64,000 bases of DNA from Pseudomonadota bacterium (GTDB lineage: Bacteria; Bdellovibrionota; Bdellovibrionia; Bdellovibrionales; SG-bin7). This document shows, one piece after another, positions 9,816 to 17,330 of the stretch (its first letter is position 1; each line of letters starts with the position of its first letter). A program made the translations under genes and the position numbers. The DNA lies in contig JAWXAY010000075.1 of NCBI GenBank assembly GCA_034439715.1, positions 15,468 to 79,467 on the forward strand. Direction: 5' to 3'. The notes beneath the pieces were generated by a model that had not been told where the DNA came from, searched no databases, and was given only the letters and a program-made list of their open reading frames with translations.

Positions 9816-10253
9816 TCAAAGATTTGACTTGAGCCAAAAGAAAGCTCTGCTTAGGAGAAACAGTACTATCAAGGAGATCCATCTTTTTAGTCGTGTTAAA
9901 AAACTTTGATTTGAAAGATGCCCCATCGTTGAAAGCCGGGCCAAAAGCGACTTCAAAGGCTGTCCCCTTTGACCCCAAACATAGGATTTATGTTTTCGTT
10001 TGAGCCCTTGGACCATTCCCCACATTTGATTTTGATTAAAGGGCTCGAGGTTTGTTGAAAAATCGCCTTTCAAAAATAGACCATTTTTTAGGGTAACGAT
10101 TCGGTGTGATATCCATTGTTGTTCATCTTTTACGATGACGATGTCGCCCGTTTCGACTGTGGCTTTCTCAAAAGAGACTAAGAGTTCATCGCCTTCTTGA
10201 AAAAAAGGCCACATGCTGTAGCCAGAAAACGGCAGGCGGGCCAGGGCAGACAC
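9816..10253 (-). CDS. S24/S26-family (signal peptidase-like) peptidase, putative leader peptidase
   Basis: SGYSMWP (catalytic Ser), GD, SHRIV (His general base) and LKGD; GTG start directly abuts the precursor stop codon. Confidence 0.8.
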   Translation of the reverse strand: MSALARLPFSGYSMWPFFQEGDELLVSFEKATVETGDIVIVKDEQQWISHRIVTLKNGLFLKGDFSTNLEPFNQNQMWGMVQGLKRKHKSYVWGQRGQPLKSLLARLSTMGHLSNQSFLTRLKRWISLIVLFLLSRAFFWLKSNL

Positions 10254-10442
10254 TTAAGAGTGTAATTTCAAGGAATTGCAGCTATCGGCTACCGCAGCCT
10301 TACGTCCTCCGGCCATTGACATTCCATTGCACCCGGCTCCATAAATCATTAGAGATTCAGTAGTTACTTTGGGCGAGCTGTAAGGTTTTTTTTCTGTTTT
10401 CTTGTTCTCTGTTTTGGTCTCTGGTTTTTTTGAATTTTTCAT
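10254..10442 (-). CDS. Putative RiPP precursor peptide (62 aa)
   Basis: AGGAG SD; Lys/Glu-rich leader with KKPYSSPKV (YxxP RRE-binding type motif); small-residue core with Cys38 and Cys55 and C-terminal Ser; lies between the radical SAM and peptidase genes. Confidence 0.8.
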   Translation of the reverse strand: MKNSKKPETKTENKKTEKKPYSSPKVTTESLMIYGAGCNGMSMAGGRKAAVADSCNSLKLHS

Positions 10443-10459
10443 TTTTCTCTCCTGATTTT

Positions 10460-11512
10460 CTAGTTTATTTTTTGGGCAAATTGATGAGCTTCATATTTTA
10501 TCTTAGCAAGCATCTGTTGAAATGGAGTTACTTTTAGTGGGTCGCCATGTTCGTGTTGAGCTGCGGCTGGGCAGTGATCGCAAAAGGACATATGTTTACC
10601 CTCTACACCCTTCATTTGGCCAAACTTAAATTCTCGCCATTTTGAGGCTAGTTTGCTCTCCCAAATTTCTGAAAAGTTTTGCTTGGTTAAATCTCCGAGC
10701 GGCTCTCTAACCTCAATGCAAGTAAGTAGTTCGCCATAAGCTGTAACAGCACATTTACCTTTAGCCGCATTGCAAAGATAGTCGGATTTAGTTTCGGTGG
10801 AGGGTTGAGGTGCTGAATAGGGCCAACGTGTAATATGCTTGATGTAAAATTCCCGAAGCTGTTCGGGCGTAGCGCGCAAAGATGTTGGTGATAGCTCTCC
10901 ATCAAATTTAGGCGTAATAAAAGCATCGTGCCTAACAGCGGCGTTTCGGCTAATTCCCCATTCAGCCATTTCAAAATAGGACTCAATGTTTGCTTGGGTT
11001 AATAGACAATTAATATGAATATTTATTTTTTGAGCGACGCAGATTTCAATCGCCTTTTTGGTTTTCTCGCAAGACCCATAAACTCGAGTCATTTTATCAT
11101 GGATGGCAGGATCTAGGCTATACAAGCTAAAGGCGATGTCGGCCATGCCTACTTCTTTTAAGCGCCTTCCTGTTTTTTCATTTATCAATAGTCCATTAGT
11201 GATCATAGAAAGAGAAAATCCCAGGCGATGGGCTTCGTCAGCAATGTCCCAAAAAAGTGGGTTCAACATGGCTTCACCGCCCATGAGGATTAAGTAAAGA
11301 GTTCCCGCTTCGCGCAGTTGCTTTAAAATATGTTTCCACTGGTCTAAGTTTAGAACTCGAGAGGCAGTATCTTTGTATTCAGGAATATAACAGTGCGAAC
11401 AGCGCTCATTACAGCGATTCGTTAGTTCGAGCGAAGCCTGAATAGGTCGAAAGGCCTGGATACTGCGGTTCTGCCATTTGTCAAAAACCGAAACACCTCG
11501 TTCAACGGACAA
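10460..11512 (-). CDS. Radical SAM enzyme with SPASM/twitch-type C-terminal domain, putative peptide maturase
   Basis: CNERCSHC (CxxxCxxC), GGE and TNG motifs; C-terminal Cys247, 254, 265, 311 and 314. Confidence 0.92.
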   Translation of the reverse strand: MSVERGVSVFDKWQNRSIQAFRPIQASLELTNRCNERCSHCYIPEYKDTASRVLNLDQWKHILKQLREAGTLYLILMGGEAMLNPLFWDIADEAHRLGFSLSMITNGLLINEKTGRRLKEVGMADIAFSLYSLDPAIHDKMTRVYGSCEKTKKAIEICVAQKINIHINCLLTQANIESYFEMAEWGISRNAAVRHDAFITPKFDGELSPTSLRATPEQLREFYIKHITRWPYSAPQPSTETKSDYLCNAAKGKCAVTAYGELLTCIEVREPLGDLTKQNFSEIWESKLASKWREFKFGQMKGVEGKHMSFCDHCPAAAQHEHGDPLKVTPFQQMLAKIKYEAHQFAQKIN

Positions 11513-11777
11513 GAAGCATTCCCTTCTCCCTCATTTCGCCAATGAGGGTAATTGTGTCGGCGGTCGCTTGTTCAGTCGGGACATCGAACTCATTACAAAG
11601 ACTAGTCACAACAGCTCGTACACTCGTTTCTCCATCGAGCATTCTCCAAATAAAAGTGGCTGTTTCATTGAGTTCGTGGACCGCTGATTTTTGAGGAGTA
11701 AGAACTAACGCTTTGCCTTCCATTTCTTGCCAGGGAGTTAGAGTTTCCTTTTTAAAAACTTGATCAATCGTTTCCAT
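11502..11777 (-). CDS. PqqD-family RiPP recognition element (stand-alone RRE)
   Basis: About 90 aa with the LNETATFIWRMLDG...LCNEFDV...D...EMREKGML pattern; AGGAG SD before ATG 11777. Confidence 0.9.
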   Translation of the reverse strand: METIDQVFKKETLTPWQEMEGKALVLTPQKSAVHELNETATFIWRMLDGETSVRAVVTSLCNEFDVPTEQATADTITLIGEMREKGMLLVR

Positions 11778-12696
11778 CAACAACTCCTAAAAATGGGGTA
11801 TTTAAATTGAGTTTCAAATTCCAGCTTGGAACCGTCGCTAAAAACCGCTCTGTAAGTTGGGTTAACTTCTGAACTTCTTGGTGGCTGACATGAGTCCAGT
11901 TGGGATACATTAGCGACATAAAAAATCTTCTCATAGCGGCTACGCCAGACAAGCGTGTTTTTTCTAAATCTCCCGCCTGTTCTAAAAAATAAAAACCATT
12001 TATTGGAAATTTTTTACCAGCTCGCCCTTTAAATTTAGGATTCTGTCCTAGTATCGGAGTTTCAGCAAACGCTGTGCTATTTTCAATGGTAATCAAGATC
12101 ATATCGTCACCAAGTATCAGGCGATCTTTAATGCGCGAAACCGTTGTCGTTTTGCCCACGCCAGAGGGGCCGATAAACATATGTGCCCGATCGCCCTGAC
12201 CGACAAAACACGAACTATGCATAACGATACAATCTTTTCTTAACAAAAACTTTGGCATTAACCAGCGAAGCGCATTATAAAATCCGTCATCTAAATTTGG
12301 CCGTACATAGACGCTGATTAGCTTCTCATTTTTTGCTATTCCCATAAAGTCACGCTGTATGGCTACTTCGCAATTACTATGTCTTGAAATTTCTAAGTCC
12401 GAAATTGGGTCCTCATTCCAATGGCTAAGTTCACTTTCGCTCACACCAAAGGGACTCTGCCAAGAAACACAAAAATCTAACGGTTCTGATGATGAATGAT
12501 TTGTCGTCTCTAAAACGTTGTAAGAATTTAGGATTCTTTCAACCCAATTCTTCATTTCAATATTGTCGTAAGAAAAACCGACGTTGAGACCGTGGATCAA
12601 AAACTGTGCAGAAAATTCATTTTTAGATTTAAGCTCTAACGCTCTCGGAATCAGTGACCTTTTTTTATTTCGAGAATCAATCTGTACGTCATTCAT
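11764..12696 (-). CDS. HprK-related P-loop kinase
   Basis: MHSS, Walker A GPSGVGKTT and LGDD, the His / P-loop / DD arrangement of HprK-like kinases. Confidence 0.8.
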   Translation of the reverse strand: MNDVQIDSRNKKRSLIPRALELKSKNEFSAQFLIHGLNVGFSYDNIEMKNWVERILNSYNVLETTNHSSSEPLDFCVSWQSPFGVSESELSHWNEDPISDLEISRHSNCEVAIQRDFMGIAKNEKLISVYVRPNLDDGFYNALRWLMPKFLLRKDCIVMHSSCFVGQGDRAHMFIGPSGVGKTTTVSRIKDRLILGDDMILITIENSTAFAETPILGQNPKFKGRAGKKFPINGFYFLEQAGDLEKTRLSGVAAMRRFFMSLMYPNWTHVSHQEVQKLTQLTERFLATVPSWNLKLNLNTPFLGVVDGND

Positions 12697-12795
12697 AATA
12701 CGTACCAGTTTAGCAAGATTGCGTAAAATAGGGAAAGATAATGAGTATAAATGCCGGCATCAGGACCTAGGTCGATAAATCAATTTCTTTGCACG

Positions 12796-13359
12796 TCATT
12801 TACTGCCACCCAGAAGGCCTTCTTTTAACTCGGGGTTTGGCGGTTCTTTTCCAATGAAAACTGACATGATGGTCTTTGGAAAATGAGGGTCAAAAATAGC
12901 ACCCTGATCCTTGTTTTTTACAGTGACTTGCAGATGATCCGAAAAGACGCTAAATACCATGCGATCGCCTGACTGCATATCAGTCATCATGGTCAAAAAT
13001 CTTTTTATAAGGGGCTTTTGCTCTTCGCATAGTGCACCACAATTATTTTTGAAGGCAACTTCCCAACCTTCAGTTACTTTGGATTTTGATACTTCTCTCA
13101 AGAAGTGAAGGACTACTTTTTTTGGACTGGTGCTCTCAATAATCTCATTCGATAATTTCGTTTTTTTTTCAATATAAAGGCCAGCCACATAAACTTTTAT
13201 CGGGACAAATAAAATCCGAGTGAGTCGAGTGCCCAGGCCATTTAATACGAGTTCTTTTTCGTCAAGAATTTCCTTATCAACAAATTCGACATCGTAAATT
13301 TTCGCTGCCTGAGCTGTGGTTGCAAGAAAAACCAATATGATTAAATTCTTAATGATCAT
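12796..13359 (-). CDS. Chalcone isomerase-like periplasmic protein
   Basis: Signal peptide; LVLNGLGTR, VYVAGLY and PPNPELKEGLLG motifs. Confidence 0.8.
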   Translation of the reverse strand: MIIKNLIILVFLATTAQAAKIYDVEFVDKEILDEKELVLNGLGTRLTRILFVPIKVYVAGLYIEKKTKLSNEIIESTSPKKVVLHFLREVSKSKVTEGWEVAFKNNCGALCEEQKPLIKRFLTMMTDMQSGDRMVFSVFSDHLQVTVKNKDQGAIFDPHFPKTIMSVFIGKEPPNPELKEGLLGGSK

Positions 13360-13381
13360 GATGTAAATACTTCCTCAAACT

Positions 13382-13414
13382 AAAAGAAAAGGCCAGGGAT
13401 TTTACCTGGCCTTT
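13382..13414 (-). terminator. Rho-independent terminator after the Pro/Asp-rich miniprotein gene
   Basis: Minus strand AAAGGCCAGG-TAAAATC-CCTGGCCTTT followed by TCTTTT. Confidence 0.8.
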
Positions 13415-13438
13415 GTTTCAAGAGTATGGATCTTCGCA

Positions 13439-13642
13439 TTAAATGCAGGGGATATGCGGGATATCTGGTAGATCCGGAAGATCTGGAATTTTTGGCAATT
13501 CAATGCCGATATCTGGCAATTTGACATCGGGAAGTTCAATTTTGATATCAGGAATTGGACAATCACCTTCATGACTGTCTGCGAATGCGCTGATGCCAGT
13601 TAATAATGCAGCCACAAAAGAAATAGCTAGAATTTTCCTCAT
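13439..13642 (-). CDS. Small secreted Pro/Asp-periodic protein (67 aa)
   Basis: AGGAGG SD; signal peptide ending AFA; repeated (I/L)PD units flanked by two Cys; has its own terminator. Confidence 0.75.
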   Translation of the reverse strand: MRKILAISFVAALLTGISAFADSHEGDCPIPDIKIELPDVKLPDIGIELPKIPDLPDLPDIPHIPCI

Positions 13643-13938
13643 TATATTTCCTCCTGTTGTTAAAATTCGCTAATGAAGCAGCCCCAGGCTACACGAATAA
13701 AGACAACAAGCTCAAATAAAAAAGTGATTTCGTAGGACCTTGGTCTAGCCCCTATTCCAAAACATGTATCAAACGTTAGTACTTAGCGAAGTGCTAAGTG
13801 TCGCCTGGACTTACTAATATAAATTTTTCAGGATTTGCGAGCCGTATTCGACGGCATCCACAATTCGAACCAAATGATATCCGAGCACCTAGCTAATTCA
13901 TTTTGAACACGGGGCCATTGTTTGCATCACCTTAAACA

Positions 13939-14403
13939 GTGCCTCGCATATCAACTTTGTTTCAAAATCAGTTTGTTTTTCATATGACGGGGAGAGCTCT
14001 TGGACATCGCTGGCAGGAGTGGGAGGCGCGGCTCCAACAAGAATCCAAAAATAAAAAATTAACCGTACATGCTTTTGTACTGATGTCGACACACTTTCAT
14101 TTACTGTTGAGTGTAAAAACTAAAGAAAACCTAGATGTCGAATTCGAAGGTACGACATATTCCGTTAACAATTTCGAGCAGTATAAAAATTCTTATAGAT
14201 ATATTTACCGGAACCCCGTTGTGGCGGGGCTTTGTCTGCGGGCCGAAAACTATCCTTTTAGCACATTGCCATTAATACTTGGAAAAAGAAGTTCAAAAAT
14301 TCCCGTGGTCGATCATATGGGATTAATCGTGGATCCCCAAAAAATACTTGAGTGGATCAACACAAATCCAACAGCTCGGCCCAAGTATTCACGATATGAT
14401 TAG
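13939..14403 (+). mobile_element. Shortened HUH/Y1 (IS200/REP-associated type) transposase-like gene
   Basis: FHMTGR, AFVLMSTHFHLL (HUH) and YRYIYRNPVVAGL...YPFST (catalytic Tyr region); the segment between them looks short. Confidence 0.65.
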
Positions 14404-14989
14404 CTTTGGCTTTTTCCAACTCTTCACGGGAACCAAAACCCCATAGCACACCGATTGATTTTATATGGTTTTTTTGCGCAGCATGAATGTCATGCTCGCG
14501 GTCGCCAATCATTACACAATCGTTGGCAATCAGTTTTTCTTGATGAAGCAAATAAGATAAAAGATCCGCCTTGTCTGCTCTAAGGCCGTCGAGCTCTGGA
14601 CCGTAGATTTTTTTAAAATATTTGTCTTTGCCGAAATGTTTGAGGACTTTTTCAGCGAGGGGCAGGGGCTTCGAAGTGGCGACATATAACTGATGTTTTA
14701 TTTGTAATTGGGGAAGTGCCTCATCAATCTCAGGAAAGAATCGATACTTAAATATCCCAATGTCCGTATGGTGCTTGCGGTAAAGGGCGATAAACTTCGC
14801 ACCAAGTTCGTTATGGCGTTCACCTAACAAAGAGACTACTGATTTCTGAACGGGGGGACCAATGCAGGCACGGATATCGTTATCTGGCGGAGGCTGGAGG
14901 CCCAATTCGGCGAAGGCCGAATGAAGACTCGTGCTAAAGGCTTCAAAAGGGTCGGCCAGTGTTCCATCTAAATCAAAAAGCAAGTTCAT
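14357..14989 (-). CDS. HAD-superfamily hydrolase (phosphoglycolate phosphatase / 5'-nucleotidase-like)
   Basis: FDLDGTLAD, ATSKP, MIGDREHD and GVLWGFG motifs. Confidence 0.9.
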   Translation of the reverse strand: MNLLFDLDGTLADPFEAFSTSLHSAFAELGLQPPPDNDIRACIGPPVQKSVVSLLGERHNELGAKFIALYRKHHTDIGIFKYRFFPEIDEALPQLQIKHQLYVATSKPLPLAEKVLKHFGKDKYFKKIYGPELDGLRADKADLLSYLLHQEKLIANDCVMIGDREHDIHAAQKNHIKSIGVLWGFGSREELEKAKANHIVNTWAELLDLC

Positions 14990-15211
14990 AGACGGCAGCA
15001 TACAATTGCTAAATGGCTAGTTCAAATCATTAGTTGCGGACATGAGGGTTGGTGTTCGGAAATAATTTTATCCATTTGGGTTCTAAGGTATTGAAAGGGT
15101 TGGACCACAACTTGAATGGAAGCTTAAGTAAAAGGTTCAGAGGCTTTTAATTGACAGACTTAAGGCCTCCGACTAAATCCAAAACTAACAACCTTCAAAG
15201 GGAGAAAAAAT

Positions 15212-15631
15212 ATGTCTGGAGTTAATAAAGTTATTCTAGTGGGTCGACTTGGCGCTAATCCTGAAGTTCGTACGATTAACGGCGGTCAAACGGTAGCTCA
15301 CTTTAACTTAGCAACCAGTGATGTATGGCAAGATGCTAATGGCCAAAAGCAAGAGCGCACACACTGGCACCGAATTGTTGTGTGGGGAAAGCTCGCTGAA
15401 GTTTGTGGTCAACATTTAAGCAAAGGGCGACAAGTATACGTCGAAGGCAAACTTTCTAATCGTTCATGGGAAGATAAAAATGGCCAAAAGCGTTATACGA
15501 CTGAAGTTATCGGCGCAACCGTTCAATTCTTGGGCAGCCCTGCTGAACGTGAAACTCCAGCTTCCGAGACTAACCCTCAGGAGTTTGACTCTTCTCCAAA
15601 CTTTGAAGCCAACGAAGAAATTCCTTTTTAG
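15212..15631 (+). CDS. ssb: Single-stranded DNA-binding protein
   Basis: VNKVILVGRLG, WHRIVVWG, KGRQVYVEG and acidic tail EEIPF. Confidence 0.97.
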   Translation: MSGVNKVILVGRLGANPEVRTINGGQTVAHFNLATSDVWQDANGQKQERTHWHRIVVWGKLAEVCGQHLSKGRQVYVEGKLSNRSWEDKNGQKRYTTEVIGATVQFLGSPAERETPASETNPQEFDSSPNFEANEEIPF

Positions 15632-15642
15632 TTACACTGAAT

Positions 15643-16626
15643 TTACTGAATTTTTGTAATTTGAGGATTGGAACCTGCGCGACCGGCAATACGGCATCTG
15701 TAGCGTAAGGTTCCGCCTTCTCCGCCAGCTTTGCATGCAGACAGCAAAATATCTAACAGGGGCAGGGCACCCGATAGGTACTGACTAATTTTTAAATCTA
15801 AATTTACTGAAAAATTCCCAAACTGCGGGGTCAGATTTCCGTTGTACATCGCCAGAGTCAGGTCAACTTTGCCATCAACTTTACAATCAAGGTCATCATC
15901 ACTCGCCAAGAGAGAACTTTTTTCGATGACCAAAGTTTTATCCGCAAGCTGCAGATTCAGATCAATTTTTTTAAAGCGAATGGCTTTAGACAGTGGTTGA
16001 TAATACATCTCACCTTCGACTGGCACAGGTAACTGAGTGAGTTCCAATTTTTTGCTTCCGACAACCAGACTGCCCTTGGGCTGTTCTGAAAAACTGGGGT
16101 CGAAGCTTCCGTCAAATTCTCCATCAAAAACACCATTGGCGAAAGATGTCAGTTTCGCCAGCTTCAAAATTTGATCAATACGAATATCTTCCCAGCCAGC
16201 ACTAATGTCGTAGAGCATTTTCTTATCTTTACTTTGATCTTTAAAAGACATCGAAAGGTCGCCGCCAAAAAGTCCTCCTGCAGAAATACTGGCACCTAAC
16301 TTACTCGATAGCAGGGCGAGAATTGAAGGGGCAATCGTTAAAGAGCGGAGACTAATTTCTGGCAATGGATTCACTGTTACGGACACTTTAGAAAATTGAA
16401 GTCCTGGACGGGGAATAATATCGATTCCCATATCTTCAAAGTGTAGGCTTACGGCGCCCTGGGTCTGTTCTGAAATCTTAGAGTTAACGAGGTCACCTAA
16501 ATCGCCGAATGGAAAAAGAAACAATGAAAAGAATAAAGTAGCGGTCATGAGTGCCAGGATTTTTTTCTTGTGGTTCTTAAATACACCGATAACTGATTGG
16601 ATGAGTGCAGAGAGAATTTTCTGCAT
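15643..16626 (-). CDS. gspN: Type II secretion system protein GspN
   Basis: Last gene of the gsp operon; N-terminal TM helix followed by FP and a beta-rich domain. Confidence 0.65.
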   Translation of the reverse strand: MQKILSALIQSVIGVFKNHKKKILALMTATLFFSLFLFPFGDLGDLVNSKISEQTQGAVSLHFEDMGIDIIPRPGLQFSKVSVTVNPLPEISLRSLTIAPSILALLSSKLGASISAGGLFGGDLSMSFKDQSKDKKMLYDISAGWEDIRIDQILKLAKLTSFANGVFDGEFDGSFDPSFSEQPKGSLVVGSKKLELTQLPVPVEGEMYYQPLSKAIRFKKIDLNLQLADKTLVIEKSSLLASDDDLDCKVDGKVDLTLAMYNGNLTPQFGNFSVNLDLKISQYLSGALPLLDILLSACKAGGEGGTLRYRCRIAGRAGSNPQITKIQ

Positions 16627-17330
16627 TACTCAGTTTCTCCACGAGGTTTGCGTCGCACTTTAGTGGGCCGCTTATTTTCGGTATCGGAGGGCTCCTCAGA
16701 AGAATCAATTTCAGGGCGAGGAAGGTTGAACGAGGCTAGTGTATAAGTGGTTTCAAAGTAGTGGCTGTCTTGAGGGTTGGAGCGAACTTTTAACCCCACA
16801 AGTTTTACCGATGGGCTGAGGTCTTGGAAGTCAAAGGCGAGACTCACCAATTGGGTGAGATTAAGTTGTTTAAAAGATACGATAAGTCCCTCGATGGACA
16901 GATCCTTGGCCCCAAAGGGTGCCATGTTTACCATCGTGGGTTCCATCGGGCCTACTTGTTCGGCGATCAAGCCCTGTCCTGCGATACGTGATTGAATCAT
17001 TGACTTTAATTGATCGGACGACGGTGCGGGGGGCAGTTGAGGTGTGGTTTTTAGCTCACGGTTTACTTCAAGTAGCCGGCGGATCAGAGACTGGTTATCC
17101 TCAAATTGCGAAATGGAATCGCTGGCTGTATTGAGATAAGAGAATGGAAAAAGAAATAAAAATGAGAGGGTTAAAAATGCAGCCACGCCGGCCATAATTA
17201 TTTTTTGAGTTCTTGCAGGATAGGAATCAAACTTTTCTTTTAAAGAAGTATAGGCCTGAGACTCTTGCACCCGCTCCCAATAGGGAGTGAAAAGTTCCAG
17301 AAGTTTTTCTTTGAGATCCGAAAAATTCAT
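16626..17330 (-). CDS. gspM: Type II secretion system GspM-like protein
   Basis: Position between gspL and gspN; single TM helix, coiled region and periplasmic domain. Confidence 0.6.
   Translation of the reverse strand: MNFSDLKEKLLELFTPYWERVQESQAYTSLKEKFDSYPARTQKIIMAGVAAFLTLSFLFLFPFSYLNTASDSISQFEDNQSLIRRLLEVNRELKTTPQLPPAPSSDQLKSMIQSRIAGQGLIAEQVGPMEPTMVNMAPFGAKDLSIEGLIVSFKQLNLTQLVSLAFDFQDLSPSVKLVGLKVRSNPQDSHYFETTYTLASFNLPRPEIDSSEEPSDTENKRPTKVRRKPRGETE

Noticed and set aside
9772..9978. 68-aa alternative-frame ORF as a second precursor or frameshifted extension
   Set aside because: It lies mostly inside the S26 peptidase gene, has no clear SD or leader motif, and both neighbours are intact without it
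10254..11777. PQQ biosynthesis (pqqA/D/E)
   Set aside because: No pqqB or pqqC, and the peptide does not resemble the short PqqA with its C-terminal ExxxY motif
5556..12696. Lasso peptide cluster
   Set aside because: No asparagine-synthetase-like cyclase or transglutaminase-like B2 peptidase in the window, and the precursor lacks the -2 Thr and ring-forming Asp/Glu
12796..13359. Chalcone isomerase-like gene as part of the RiPP operon
   Set aside because: It is separated from the kinase gene by about 100 nt containing a possible extended -10 (TGCTAAACT on the minus strand), and it is a common stand-alone periplasmic family
15151..15179. sigma70 promoter for ssb (TTGACA)
   Set aside because: Perfect -35, but the hexamer at 17-nt spacing (TAAATC) lacks the conserved final T, so support is insufficient
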